Shown: positions 15,887-25,708, counted from the stretch's first letter. The stretch is DNA of 36,126 nt from a virus (IMGVR_UViG_3300033067_001276:1-36126); one strand, 5' to 3'. Notes: generated by a model from the letters alone, not told the origin. Numbers and translations are program-made.

Positions 15887-16312
15887 ATGTCGTCAAATAT
15901 TAATCGTGCAACCATACTCGGCAATATTACCCGAGACATAGAAGCAAGAACCACCCCAAACGGTAAGCTTGTCGCCTCTTTCTCCGTAGCTACGAATGAG
16001 CAATGGACAAGTGCCGACGGACAAAAACAAACGAAAACCGAATACCACAATATTGTTGCTTGGTCTAAGTTGGCAGAAATCTGTTCGCAATATCTCCGCA
16101 AGGGGAGCAAAGTCTATGTTGAGGGGTCTATCTCAACCCGTGAATACACCACGCAAGACGGGCAAAAGCGTACACGAACGGAAATCACGGCAGAAAACCT
16201 TATTATGCTAGACCCTAAAAACACACAAAGACCAGTAACCCAAACAGATGTTGCCAACCTTGCACAGCCGCCACAAATCGAAGAAATCCGATTAGAGGAC
16301 ATTCCTTTTTAA
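15887..16312 (+). CDS. ssb: Single-stranded DNA-binding protein
   Basis: INRATILGNITRD, TEYHNIVAW, YLRKGSKVYVEG and acidic tip EDIPF. Confidence 0.95.
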   Translation: MSSNINRATILGNITRDIEARTTPNGKLVASFSVATNEQWTSADGQKQTKTEYHNIVAWSKLAEICSQYLRKGSKVYVEGSISTREYTTQDGQKRTRTEITAENLIMLDPKNTQRPVTQTDVANLAQPPQIEEIRLEDIPF

Positions 16313-16342
16313 TCTAAATCTACATAATAACTATACAATCAT

Positions 16343-16648
16343 ATGACAAATAACTGGTCTATCTCACACCCTGTTGGACTGGCAATCGCTTATACTGCAC
16401 CTTTTGCGTATGTTGCGCTGACAGCACTTAGCATCACGGAAGGGGAAATAAACTTTATCGGCTTTATTTTCTACACCGCAATAACGTATTTTGCTATCTT
16501 GCAATCATTCAACGTGCGAGATACACGAGAAATTAGCGGCGGGTGGAATAAAGCCCTGTATGTGTTCTCGTGCTTGGTTGTGAGCTTTTTTGCCCTGTCT
16601 ATCATTTTGGGTGTAAGCGCAGGCATTTTGGTAGCCATGTTTGCTTAG
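16343..16648 (+). CDS. Membrane protein (about 3 TM)
   Basis: Three hydrophobic segments. Confidence 0.7.
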   Translation: MTNNWSISHPVGLAIAYTAPFAYVALTALSITEGEINFIGFIFYTAITYFAILQSFNVRDTREISGGWNKALYVFSCLVVSFFALSIILGVSAGILVAMFA

Positions 16649-16649
16649 T

Positions 16650-16886
16650 ATGCTCAAAATCACCGTTGAAAGTCAGGAAACACACGAGGTATCAACTATT
16701 GATGAGATTGAAGCTTGCGTAATCTTGACCCGACACAAAAACGGAACAGGAATGCGTGCTGAAGGGAATCTTGAGTTGCTCCATATAGCAAATGACTGGA
16801 GAGAATTAGGAGATAGCCTAAAAAAGCAAATCTTACAAAAGCTAGAAAACAGCCTCGAAGACTTTGTAAAAAACAAAGAGAAATAA
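16650..16886 (+). CDS. Hypothetical protein
   Basis: ATG 1 nt after the upstream stop. Confidence 0.65.
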   Translation: MLKITVESQETHEVSTIDEIEACVILTRHKNGTGMRAEGNLELLHIANDWRELGDSLKKQILQKLENSLEDFVKNKEK

Positions 16887-16900
16887 AAGTGATATGATTA

Positions 16901-16925
16901 GACCGCTTATTCCTAGCGGTTTTTT
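16901..16925 (+). terminator. Intrinsic terminator-like hairpin just before the rusA-like gene
   Basis: ACCGCT-7nt-AGCGGT followed by a T-run. Confidence 0.6.
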
Positions 16926-16926
16926 C

Positions 16927-17295
16927 ATGCCACAAATTGAACTATATTTTACAACGCCCATAACCCCTAAAAAGAATAGCTTTAGAGCAGGGCGAACACG
17001 GGACGGGCGTTTGTTCCAGTATAAAAGCCAAAAAGCCAAGTCTTCTCAAGAAGGATTGCATTATGAAGCTTGGATACAGGCTAAAAAGGCAAAGCACGCC
17101 ATTATCGAAACGCCTGTAAAAGCCGAGTTTTACTTTCGTAAGACAAGAGCCGACTTAATAGGCGTTGCGGAAACGTTACAAGATGCCTTAGAAGATGCCG
17201 TATACAAAAATGATAAACAGATTATCGAACAGAAAATGAAGTGGACGGAAAACCTAGAGCATGGTTATACTGCTTTTGTCAGGATTTTATGGTAA
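16927..17295 (+). CDS. rusA: RusA-like Holliday junction resolvase
   Basis: PKKNS N-terminal motif; RADL....TLQDALE..VYKNDKQI acidic motif. Confidence 0.75.
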   Translation: MPQIELYFTTPITPKKNSFRAGRTRDGRLFQYKSQKAKSSQEGLHYEAWIQAKKAKHAIIETPVKAEFYFRKTRADLIGVAETLQDALEDAVYKNDKQIIEQKMKWTENLEHGYTAFVRILW

Positions 17296-17298
17296 AAT
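17290..17298 (+). promoter_or_regulatory. Extended -10 TGGTAAAAT; leaderless start of the parB-mom-terminase operon
   Basis: 6 nt upstream of ATG 17305. Confidence 0.6.
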
Positions 17299-17304
17299 GA
17301 TTTT

Positions 17305-17817
17305 ATGAACAACACAAAATATTCTAGTAAGATGTGGCAGATTGAAGACTTACGTCAAGCAGAATATAACCCCCGTTCAATCTCAAAAGAGCGTTTAGAA
17401 GAACTAAAAAAGTCTATACAATCTGACCCTGATTTTCTTCATGCACGCCCAATAATGGTAAATGTTTTGCCTGAACGTTTTGGCGTTATTATTGGGGGCA
17501 ATATGAGGTTTTTGGCTTCAAAAGAATTAGGGATGGATAAAGTGCCATGCATTGAAGTATCTTTACCCATTGAAAAAGAAAAGGTTTGGAATGTTCGTGA
17601 TAATTCACATCATGGGCAATGGGATATGGCTGCTTTGGAGGAACTTTTTTCTGTTGATGCCGCATCATTTGAAAATGCCGTACCTTCTGATTTTTTACGA
17701 GAGGTTCTTTCCGTACAGTTGCCTTCTTTTGGTGAAGGATTAGAAGAAGAGCAAGGAAAACTAGATAAAAAAAAGGAAGTAAAATGCCCTGATTGTGGCA
17801 ATATTTTTTCGCCATGA
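17305..17817 (+). CDS. ParB N-terminal (ParB/Srx) domain protein with C-terminal CPDCG knuckle
   Basis: YNPRSI....L.KSI, RPIMV, IIGGNMR..A..LG and DN...GQWD motifs. Confidence 0.85.
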   Translation: MNNTKYSSKMWQIEDLRQAEYNPRSISKERLEELKKSIQSDPDFLHARPIMVNVLPERFGVIIGGNMRFLASKELGMDKVPCIEVSLPIEKEKVWNVRDNSHHGQWDMAALEELFSVDAASFENAVPSDFLREVLSVQLPSFGEGLEEEQGKLDKKKEVKCPDCGNIFSP

Positions 17818-18440
17818 GCAAACTACTAGTCGGTTGGGCAACGCATCAAGCCACCGTTTTAGCTTGCACACGATACCATTACTCTAAATCTGTACCCGCT
17901 GGTAAATTAGTAAAGATTGGCGTTTGGGAAGACAATGTTTTTAAAGGTGTAGTAATTTTTTCTTACGGTGCAAATAATAATATAGGCAAGCCTTATGGCT
18001 TGGTTCAGCAAGAAGTTTGTGAATTAACACGGATTGCTTTAAAGAACCATGATGCGCCAGTAAGTAAGATTGTATCTATTGCTTTGCGGTTTTTAAAAAA
18101 GTATTGCCCTGGAGTTCGTCTTGTAGTTTCTTATGCTGATAAAGACCAAGGACATAGCGGCGGAGTCTACAAAGCGGGTAATTGGGTATATGAAGGGTTG
18201 TTTAATGAGGGTACAAAGTGTGCATATATTATATTTAATAAGCGTGTTCATCCAAAAACAGTCCACTCAAGATACGGTAAAGGTTCACAAAACCTTCGTT
18301 GGCTTCAAGCAAATGTAGACCCAAATGCAAAAGAAATAAAAACCCTTGGCAAGCATAAATATCTAATGCCCTTGGACGAAAATGTAAAAAGTAAGGTAGA
18401 ATTATTACGCAAGCCTTATCCCCATGCGTCAAAAGTGTAG
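17814..18440 (+). CDS. mom: Mom-like adenine-modification enzyme (GNAT fold)
   Basis: HYSKSVP, GVVIFS, ELTRIAL, VVSYAD..QGH.G.VYKAGNW.Y.G, KHKY and KPYP motifs; ATGA overlap with the parB-like gene. Confidence 0.82.
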   Translation: MSKLLVGWATHQATVLACTRYHYSKSVPAGKLVKIGVWEDNVFKGVVIFSYGANNNIGKPYGLVQQEVCELTRIALKNHDAPVSKIVSIALRFLKKYCPGVRLVVSYADKDQGHSGGVYKAGNWVYEGLFNEGTKCAYIIFNKRVHPKTVHSRYGKGSQNLRWLQANVDPNAKEIKTLGKHKYLMPLDENVKSKVELLRKPYPHASKV

Positions 18441-18501
18441 ATAGCGACACGGTATCTTTCCAAGATACAAAGGGCGGTGCAAATCCGACCTTGACGCTCC
18501 A
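18426..18501 (+). tRNA. Non-canonical tRNA-Gly(TCC)-like gene
   Basis: Cloverleaf: GCGTCAA/TTGACGC, GTGT/ACAC, GTATC-TTTCCAA-GATAC, GGGCGG-TGCAAAT-CCGACC, discriminator T and encoded CCA; 76 nt. Confidence 0.8.
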
Positions 18502-18511
18502 TGCATATTTT

Positions 18512-18913
18512 ATGCCAAAACCCTACAAAAAGCCCTTAGCAAAAGACGGCACACATCGAGGCTCTAACAGCATTTACCCCGAAAAAAGAGATATTGTTTT
18601 AGAGCATCTTCGTGTTGGACATACTGACATAGACGCTTGCATTATGTCGGGCATCTCACACCATGCTTTTTATGATTGGATTAAAAAACATGATGATTTT
18701 GCCGAGGACGTAAAGAAAGCACGCCTTACAGCCAAAGACCAATGCGTCAAAATTGTGCGTAAAGCGGCTCTTAAAACGTGGCAAGCTGCTGCATGGTACT
18801 TAGAGCGTCGTTTCCGTAACGAGTACGCCATGAAACAGTTTGTTGAACATAACGGCAAGGTGGTTTCCCTTACCGAAAAAGCAGAAAAGACCGCCAAGAA
18901 ATACGAAGAATAG
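18512..18913 (+). CDS. terS: Terminase small subunit
   Basis: HTH-like AC..SGIS...FY.W and WQAAAWYLERR motif; directly upstream of terL. Confidence 0.8.
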   Translation: MPKPYKKPLAKDGTHRGSNSIYPEKRDIVLEHLRVGHTDIDACIMSGISHHAFYDWIKKHDDFAEDVKKARLTAKDQCVKIVRKAALKTWQAAAWYLERRFRNEYAMKQFVEHNGKVVSLTEKAEKTAKKYEE

Positions 18914-18914
18914 C

Positions 18915-20465
18915 ATGACTGTTTCCTTCGCTGATTGGGTGCATGACCTTAAATCCGTCCCCGAAGAAGAACAAACAGCATGGATTTTTAGGACATTGCG
19001 AAGTAAGAAGATGCTTCACGTTTTTGCGTTGTACTTCTTTCCGCATATGTTCCCTAACCCGAAGATACCCGATTGCCACCTTGACTTGGTGCGTGAAATA
19101 TCGGCACAGAAAGATAGTGCAATTATCTTTCCTCGTGGCTTTGGCAAATCAACATGGGTTAAGATTGATACCATACACGATATTGTCTACGCCTTAGAAC
19201 CCGTTATTTTGTATATTGGAGCCACTCTTGGCGACGCTTCCGTACACTTTGAAGCTATTAAAGCACAGTTAGAGTCTAACGAACTGCTTATAGCCGTATA
19301 TGGGGAACTTGTACCCCCTGAAAGCCTTTTGGGGCGCAAATGGACGAATACCCATTTTGAGACCACCAACGGCGTAAACGTGGTTGCTCGTGGACGTGTG
19401 AAAGGGCGTGGTGTGAACATTAAAGACCACCGTCCTACAAAAGCTATTATTGACGACGCAGAAGACGACGAAATGGTACGCTCGCCAGTACGCCGTGCGC
19501 AGTTTCACGAGTGGCTTTACTCGGTTATCTTCCCTTCCTTAGATAAAGAGCGTTCAAAGATAAAGATGATTGGTACGGTTCTACACGAGTTTGCCGAAGT
19601 GCTACAATTCTACGAAAAGCACGGCGGTATCTTTCGTAAGGCAATCGAGAACGGCAAATCTATCTGGGAAGAGCGATACCCGTTGCACGAGCTTGATGCT
19701 ATCCGCCAAAAGCTAGGCACGCGCATTTTTAACCGTGAATATCTAAATGACGCAAAAAACATGAGCGAATCTACATTGAACCCTTCTTTTATACAAAAGG
19801 GTATTTACACCGTGCCACCGCCTGATAAATACCATGCCTTTGTCTACATAGACCCGCAAGCAGGCGAATCAAGCATGGCAGATGAATATTGTATTACGGT
19901 ACTTTATGCATCTAAGACCACGCCACACCGTTTTGTTATTGAGTACCAAAATGGAAGAGAATCACAGCTAGAACAAGCAAAAAACGTTGTGCGCGCATGG
20001 CTACGGCATAAAGAGCTGGCGTTGCGTGTAGGCGTTGAAAAGGTGATGACGCAAACAAGCGTGTATCAAACTATCGCCGACTGGAAATCCCACAAGCTAG
20101 ACTTCAATACGCCAAACATGAGCGAGCATGATGCGGAATGGATAGACGAGCGAGATAGGAACATCCCCCTTGTTGCTTGTTCGCCAAAGGGGAAAGACAA
20201 GGTCGCACGTCTTCAAGTGTTTGAACCTGATTTTGAACGTGGCGAAGTACACTTGCGCCAAGATATGACAGTTATGATTGAACAATTAACGTTTCTTGGT
20301 GGGAATATTCTTGACCATGACGACGTGGCGGACTCGCTTATCGGTGCGCTTGAGCTATGCGGAAACCGTAAGTCCATAGGTGGCAACAGTGATAAAAATG
20401 CGCTAATGCCGAAAACAAGATACAATAATACTGTAATGGGAAATATACGCACCAAAATATTCTAG
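18915..20465 (+). CDS. terL: Terminase large subunit
   Basis: Walker A PRGFGKS, IIDDAED, IGT, FNREYLN, YIDP and HDDVADS motifs. Confidence 0.93.
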   Translation: MTVSFADWVHDLKSVPEEEQTAWIFRTLRSKKMLHVFALYFFPHMFPNPKIPDCHLDLVREISAQKDSAIIFPRGFGKSTWVKIDTIHDIVYALEPVILYIGATLGDASVHFEAIKAQLESNELLIAVYGELVPPESLLGRKWTNTHFETTNGVNVVARGRVKGRGVNIKDHRPTKAIIDDAEDDEMVRSPVRRAQFHEWLYSVIFPSLDKERSKIKMIGTVLHEFAEVLQFYEKHGGIFRKAIENGKSIWEERYPLHELDAIRQKLGTRIFNREYLNDAKNMSESTLNPSFIQKGIYTVPPPDKYHAFVYIDPQAGESSMADEYCITVLYASKTTPHRFVIEYQNGRESQLEQAKNVVRAWLRHKELALRVGVEKVMTQTSVYQTIADWKSHKLDFNTPNMSEHDAEWIDERDRNIPLVACSPKGKDKVARLQVFEPDFERGEVHLRQDMTVMIEQLTFLGGNILDHDDVADSLIGALELCGNRKSIGGNSDKNALMPKTRYNNTVMGNIRTKIF

Positions 20466-20471
20466 CTCTCT

Positions 20472-21815
20472 ATGCCTTCTGTAAATCCGCTCACGCCAAA
20501 CAACGAAAACAAAGTAACAAAAGCAACCTTGCAAAATCTTACGCAGGTTCTTGGTGATAGCGGTACACATCGCTATTCTGGAATGTTTTATGAGGAATAC
20601 TCAAATGAGTTTCGTGGCACAAAGCGTATCGATACCATCGAGAAGATGCGACGTGGCGACGGGGCTATTCGTGGGCTTCTGACGGCTATCAAGTCGCCTA
20701 TTCTTCGTTCTGAATGGTCTGTCGAGTCAGAAGACACAACACCAAAAGGCGAGGAAATCCGCGCTTTTGTAGAGAAGTGTCTTTTTGGGATGCATAGAAC
20801 ATGGAAGGACTTTTTGCGTGAGGCTCTTGCTTATCTTGATTTTGGTTTTTACACGTTTGAGCTTATTTGGGAGAAAAGAGACGGGCGTATCGTTCTTATA
20901 GACCTTGCGCCACGCATTCCGTCTTCCATTGAACGTTGGAAGTTAAAAGATGGGCGTTTTGGCATTGTGCAACGTCTTCTTACGGATGAAGTAAAGCAAT
21001 ACGAGGTTGAAATACCAGCAGAAAAGTTGCTTATTTTGACCAACGAAAAAGAAGGCGACGACGTAACAGGACAAAGCATTTTGCGTGCAGCGCATAAGCA
21101 TTGGTACTACAAAAACGGGCTTTATTCTATCGCTTCAATTGCGGCTGAACGCTACGGCGTGGGCGTGCCTATTGTTACGCTCCCTGAGAATTCTGGGGAT
21201 TCAGAACGTGCGCAAGCCGAAGAGATGGTGCAGAATATTAGCTCTAATGAACGGTCTTTTGCCGTTTTGCCACATGGCTTTACGTTTGAAATAAAAACGC
21301 CAAGCGGTAACCCACAAGGGCAAGCTATCGAACAGCAAATACAACATCACAACGTGCAGATTCTTATGTCTGTACTAGCCACCTTCCTTTCTCTTGGAAG
21401 CGGTGATGGTGGCTCGTTTGCTCTATCAAGAGACCAGTCTTCCTTTTTTCTGAATGTTTGTACGGATATTATCAAATATACAGAAGAGCAGATTGAAAAA
21501 CAGGTGATTCGCCGTATTGTCGACCTGAACTTTGGCGTTCAAAAAGTATACCCTGAATTGCACCACACACCACTTGGCGAAGTAGACTACCAAGAGTTTT
21601 CATCTACCCTTTCTAGCCTTGTAGGTGCAAATCTTCTTGACGTTACACCTGATATTAAACAGCATATCCATTCAATTTTTAACCTTCCTGCTATTCCGCA
21701 AGACCGCATGGAATCCTTGGCAGAAAGCGAAATTGAAAGCGAGCTTGCACGCTTAGGCGTTGATGAAGAAGAGGAAATTGAAGCAGATGAAGAAGAGCCA
21801 CTAGAGCAAGAATAA
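20472..21815 (+). CDS. Portal protein (DUF935 / Mu gp29-like)
   Basis: Follows terL; FGFYTFELIW, G.SILR, ERYGVGVP and GGSFALS motifs. Confidence 0.88.
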   Translation: MPSVNPLTPNNENKVTKATLQNLTQVLGDSGTHRYSGMFYEEYSNEFRGTKRIDTIEKMRRGDGAIRGLLTAIKSPILRSEWSVESEDTTPKGEEIRAFVEKCLFGMHRTWKDFLREALAYLDFGFYTFELIWEKRDGRIVLIDLAPRIPSSIERWKLKDGRFGIVQRLLTDEVKQYEVEIPAEKLLILTNEKEGDDVTGQSILRAAHKHWYYKNGLYSIASIAAERYGVGVPIVTLPENSGDSERAQAEEMVQNISSNERSFAVLPHGFTFEIKTPSGNPQGQAIEQQIQHHNVQILMSVLATFLSLGSGDGGSFALSRDQSSFFLNVCTDIIKYTEEQIEKQVIRRIVDLNFGVQKVYPELHHTPLGEVDYQEFSSTLSSLVGANLLDVTPDIKQHIHSIFNLPAIPQDRMESLAESEIESELARLGVDEEEEIEADEEEPLEQE

Positions 21816-21818
21816 TGT

Positions 21819-22970
21819 ATGGCACAAATAAAAAAAGTTAACAAAGTTGCCATTGCGACGGCAAAAATACAGCAGTATGACGTGCTTATTGCTAAAATGG
21901 GCGCATTATTAGGGACAACAGCCAATACAGAAAGAAAAGCACGCTTACAGGCACGCATAGAAAAAACAAAGGAATTGAAAAGAAGGCAGGAAATGCTTGT
22001 GAGCCAAGCAAAAGCACCTAAATATACAAAAATCCGTAAATCAAAAGTAGCTCTTCAAGAACTATCCGAGTTTCGCTTGCCTCGAAAGCTTACCTTCCAA
22101 GAAGAGCGCACGGACTTCTTGCGACTTAACGAGCAACTGAACCAACAATCACAGCAGTTTGAAGAAGAGATGGTTGAAATAACACGGGATGAAATTGCCC
22201 GTGTAACAAAAAGCCTAGAAAAAAACAATACGGTGTTAGACGTTGCGACAATTCTTGCGCTTATCTTGTTAATCCGTGGAAGTACCAAGTCTACCATACG
22301 CAAAGCCGTTGGCACGTTTTACGGCATAGGGGCTGGTCTTGCTCTCCGTGAAGCACGTCTAGCTGGATACGATACGGGAACAGGAAGACCGCCTATTCCT
22401 ACGCTAGACAAGCAAATCATGAGTACAGATAGCGAAATCATCGCTGAAACGTATGTTTCAAGCCTTGAATCTTCCGCTCGCTCTATTATCCAAGCTGGCA
22501 TTGTTGCAGGGGCTACGGCGCAAGGCGTGCTATCTGTATTACGGGATGAGATGAAAGCAGAAGCAAGCAAAGCTATTGCAAACGTCTCTGGCACGATTAC
22601 AGGCGAATATCTAAACCGTGGGCGTACGTCTATCTTGAACAAGTTTCGTGCAGATATTGTTGCCTTTCAGCGTTCTGAAGTATTAGACAGCCGAACGTGT
22701 GCCATGTGTTTATCTCTTGATAAGCGGGTGGTAAAGCCTGACGACCCTATGGCACAATTAGAACTTGTACATACGCATTGCCGTGGATTTTGGACGGCTA
22801 TATTCGAAAAAGACGAAGAAAAGCCTGAAATTACAGGCATACCAAAGAATATTACAAGTCGGTTTAAGACCATCGAAGGCGTGCCAGTCATCAATTCCTT
22901 CAAGCAAGTGAAGAAGCCAATTAATGACGTATCGAAAGATGCGCAAGAAAAAATAAACGAAAGATTTTAA
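21819..22970 (+). CDS. Minor head protein (Mu gpF / SPP1 gp7 family)
   Basis: LDSRTCAMCLSLD...HTHCR motif after the portal gene. Confidence 0.8.
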   Translation: MAQIKKVNKVAIATAKIQQYDVLIAKMGALLGTTANTERKARLQARIEKTKELKRRQEMLVSQAKAPKYTKIRKSKVALQELSEFRLPRKLTFQEERTDFLRLNEQLNQQSQQFEEEMVEITRDEIARVTKSLEKNNTVLDVATILALILLIRGSTKSTIRKAVGTFYGIGAGLALREARLAGYDTGTGRPPIPTLDKQIMSTDSEIIAETYVSSLESSARSIIQAGIVAGATAQGVLSVLRDEMKAEASKAIANVSGTITGEYLNRGRTSILNKFRADIVAFQRSEVLDSRTCAMCLSLDKRVVKPDDPMAQLELVHTHCRGFWTAIFEKDEEKPEITGIPKNITSRFKTIEGVPVINSFKQVKKPINDVSKDAQEKINERF

Positions 22971-22973
22971 ATC

Positions 22974-22982
22974 TGCTATAAT
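22974..22982 (+). promoter_or_regulatory. Extended -10 TGCTATAAT
   Basis: 9 nt before ATG 22992. Confidence 0.6.
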
Positions 22983-22991
22983 AAAAGTGCT

Positions 22992-23222
22992 ATGCCACGA
23001 ACACCAAGAAACGCCGTCGAAACTGACGTGCAAGAAGAAGTAGTTGAAGAAACGCAAGTAGTTGAAGAGGAAGTAACCCAAGTTGAAGAAGAACCAAAAG
23101 TCGTTATGCACACAATGCTTTTAAACGTGTTGCATGACGGCACTTCTTATAAGAAGGGTGAATCCGTTGCGCTGAACAAAGGATTAGTCCGCCTTTTCCG
23201 TCAAAAAGGCTTTATCGCTTAA
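22992..23222 (+). CDS. Small acidic head-module protein
   Basis: Acidic N-terminus and VLHDG..YKKGE.V.L motif. Confidence 0.7.
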   Translation: MPRTPRNAVETDVQEEVVEETQVVEEEVTQVEEEPKVVMHTMLLNVLHDGTSYKKGESVALNKGLVRLFRQKGFIA

Positions 23223-23223
23223 T

Positions 23224-24342
23224 ATGCCGCAAGCCCTTATCGAAAAGACGGCGGAAACATTGCGCTTCACTTCCACTGTTAACCTCGAAGAAAACGGGGC
23301 TATTAGCGATATTGAAGTGCTACGTGCTGGCGTTATCCAAGATAGAATGCTCGAAATCACAAGCTCCATGCTCGAAGATTACGTTCGCAACTTTGAAGCG
23401 GACGTATACGGCACGGAAATCCAAGTGAACTTAGAGCATAATCGTGGGAGTAAAGCGGCTGGATGGATTAAGAATCTTTATATTAAAGGTTCTAGCCTGA
23501 TGGCGAACGTCGCTTGGACAGAACTTGGCGTAGAGATGATTCAAAAACAGCTCTACAAATTCGTATCAAGTGAGCTTGCACCCCAATACCCACATTGTGA
23601 AACGGGCATTCTCGTTTCCAATGTCTTTATCGGGGCGGCTCTTACGAACACGCCAGCACTCAAAAAACAACAACCTATCTCGTTGTCCGAAGAGGGCAGG
23701 CAGTTATTCTTAAACAATATTATGTTTCAAAAATACCTCACGGATTTGAAGCAACGAGAAAAGCTTACGGCACAAGACGTAGCATTTGCCCGTTCTCTTC
23801 TTTCCGAAGTGCCAGCAGAAGAGGTTGAAGCCTCTACGCAAGAGGTAGAAGACCTCGAAAAAAAGCAGGCAGAACAGGCGGAAGCTGAGGCGAAAGCCGA
23901 AGCCGAAGCAAAGGCACAAGCTGAAACGCAGGCTCTTGCTGAAAAGCAAAATGTCGTTTCTCTTGCCGAGTTTAACGCCATTAAAGAACAGCTAGAGGTG
24001 AAGACCTTAGCCGAAGACGTGAAGACAAGCCTTGTTCTTTCCGATAAGGGAGGACTTGCTACGGGTTTTCTCGACACGGACGTTGATGCAGTTGTTTCTT
24101 TCATGAAGACATTGAGTGAAGAACAGCGCAAAACGTTTAAAGAGCTTGCTTTGAAGGTTAAAACAGTAGACTTTGCTACTCGTGGGGCTGACGCTTCGCA
24201 AACGGCAAACGTTGCTTTGACCGAAGAAGAAAAAGCAGAAAAGGTGCTTGCCTTGGCTGATGAGCTTATGGCAAAAGACAAGGAATTAAACATCGTACAA
24301 GCTATGCAAAAAGCTCGTACGCAACTTGAAAATAACCAATAA
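23224..24342 (+). CDS. Prohead protease with C-terminal scaffold (Mu gpI-like)
   Basis: EH....AAGWI, WTELG...I....YKFVSSE and GAALTNTPA motifs; helical acidic C-terminal half. Confidence 0.88.
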   Translation: MPQALIEKTAETLRFTSTVNLEENGAISDIEVLRAGVIQDRMLEITSSMLEDYVRNFEADVYGTEIQVNLEHNRGSKAAGWIKNLYIKGSSLMANVAWTELGVEMIQKQLYKFVSSELAPQYPHCETGILVSNVFIGAALTNTPALKKQQPISLSEEGRQLFLNNIMFQKYLTDLKQREKLTAQDVAFARSLLSEVPAEEVEASTQEVEDLEKKQAEQAEAEAKAEAEAKAQAETQALAEKQNVVSLAEFNAIKEQLEVKTLAEDVKTSLVLSDKGGLATGFLDTDVDAVVSFMKTLSEEQRKTFKELALKVKTVDFATRGADASQTANVALTEEEKAEKVLALADELMAKDKELNIVQAMQKARTQLENNQ

Positions 24343-24345
24343 TAT

Positions 24346-24753
24346 ATGGCAAAAACTGACAGCTTTGTAACCAATGCTGGGGCGATTGATATCTCCTTTC
24401 CAACGGACGCTGACCTTTCTTCATTGCAATACCGCTTCGTAAAGCGTGATGCTACTGATGGCAAGGTTGTAGCTTGTGGAGCAAACGAAAAACCTCTGGG
24501 AATCTTGCAGAATGCACCTAACGGTTCTTCTGCTGACGCAGTTGCAACCGTTCGCATCTCTGGTGTGTCTAAGCTCAAAATCGCAGAAACGGTTACCTTT
24601 GGTAAGTTTCTTACGTCTACGTCTTCATCTACTGGTGAAGTATGTGATGCGGCTGGTGAAGAGTACGGCGCAAAAGCTTTGTGTGATGGCTCGGCTGATG
24701 ACCTTATCACGGTTCTTGTTTGCCACGGTGAAGTTGAGGCAACTGATGCGTAA
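24346..24753 (+). CDS. Capsid decoration/cement protein (DUF2190-like)
   Basis: QYRFVK, GILQNAP and V...GVSK motifs; lies between protease and capsid genes. Confidence 0.75.
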   Translation: MAKTDSFVTNAGAIDISFPTDADLSSLQYRFVKRDATDGKVVACGANEKPLGILQNAPNGSSADAVATVRISGVSKLKIAETVTFGKFLTSTSSSTGEVCDAAGEEYGAKALCDGSADDLITVLVCHGEVEATDA

Positions 24754-24769
24754 TATCTGATATAATCAT

Positions 24770-25708
24770 ATGAACCCTCGAATCAACCAATTGCGCACTG
24801 ATAAACTATTGTCTGGCGTTGCGCAACGCTACCGCAATGACAATTATATTGCGGAAAAAATCTTGCCTTTCGTGCAAGTAAAAGAGAAAACAGGAAAGTT
24901 TGCTAAGTTTGGCAAGGAAAACTTCCGTGCATACTCTGGTCAGCTTTTCCGTGCTCCTGGAACGCAAGCACACTCGGTCGACTACTCTGTTTCCATGGGC
25001 AGTTACTCGTGTGATGAGCGTTCTGCTGAAAAGATTGTGCCATTTGAGTTTTATGAGAACTTTGATGCGCCTTACAATCCCGAAGAAGATGCAGTTAGCG
25101 TGTTGATGGATAACATCTGGGTTAACCAAGAACTTGCTCTTGCAACGACGCTTGCAAACACGGCTATTATCACGCAAAACACAACCCTTTCTGGAACGTC
25201 GCAATGGTCTGACACGACGAACAGCGACCCAATCGCTAACATTCGTACGGCTATTAACACGGTTAAGGCTTCGTCTGGTCTTCGCCCTAACGTTCTCGTG
25301 TTCTGTGAAGATGCGTTCGATAAGCTTAAAGACCACCCACTTGTTCGTGAACAGTTGAAGTACACGGGAATCATGGGCAACCCATCTGACGACGCTTTGA
25401 CCATGTGGCTTAAGAGCTTCTTCAAGATTGAAGACGTGATTGTTGGCTCTTCTTCCTACATGGCTTCTGATGAAGGTCAAACGAATGACCTTGATGCAGT
25501 TTGGACTGGTAACGTCTGGGCATTGCACCGTCCGTCTACGCCTTCCGTGCTTCGTGCATCGTTTGGCTACACGTTCTCTGATAGTCCTCGCTCAGTTGAT
25601 GTTCGTGTTGAAGAAGCTATTAAAGCTAATGTTGTGCGTGTTTCGTACAGCTTCGACCAAAACATCATGGATGCGTCGCTTGCTTACCTTATTAAAGCTG
25701 CCGTCTAA
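24770..25708 (+). CDS. Major capsid protein (HK97 fold)
   Basis: D..LS.VA..Y.N..YIA..I.P.V.V, WSD..NSDPI..I and SFGYTF motifs; size and position fit. Confidence 0.88.
   Translation: MNPRINQLRTDKLLSGVAQRYRNDNYIAEKILPFVQVKEKTGKFAKFGKENFRAYSGQLFRAPGTQAHSVDYSVSMGSYSCDERSAEKIVPFEFYENFDAPYNPEEDAVSVLMDNIWVNQELALATTLANTAIITQNTTLSGTSQWSDTTNSDPIANIRTAINTVKASSGLRPNVLVFCEDAFDKLKDHPLVREQLKYTGIMGNPSDDALTMWLKSFFKIEDVIVGSSSYMASDEGQTNDLDAVWTGNVWALHRPSTPSVLRASFGYTFSDSPRSVDVRVEEAIKANVVRVSYSFDQNIMDASLAYLIKAAV

Noticed and set aside
18426-18501. tRNA as an attP integration site
   Set aside because: No integrase recognised, and the sequence is too divergent from a canonical host tRNA 3' end to act as an att core.
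23727-25528. Long minus-strand ORFs (327 aa and 240 aa)
   Set aside because: Antisense shadows of well-supported protease, decoration and capsid genes.
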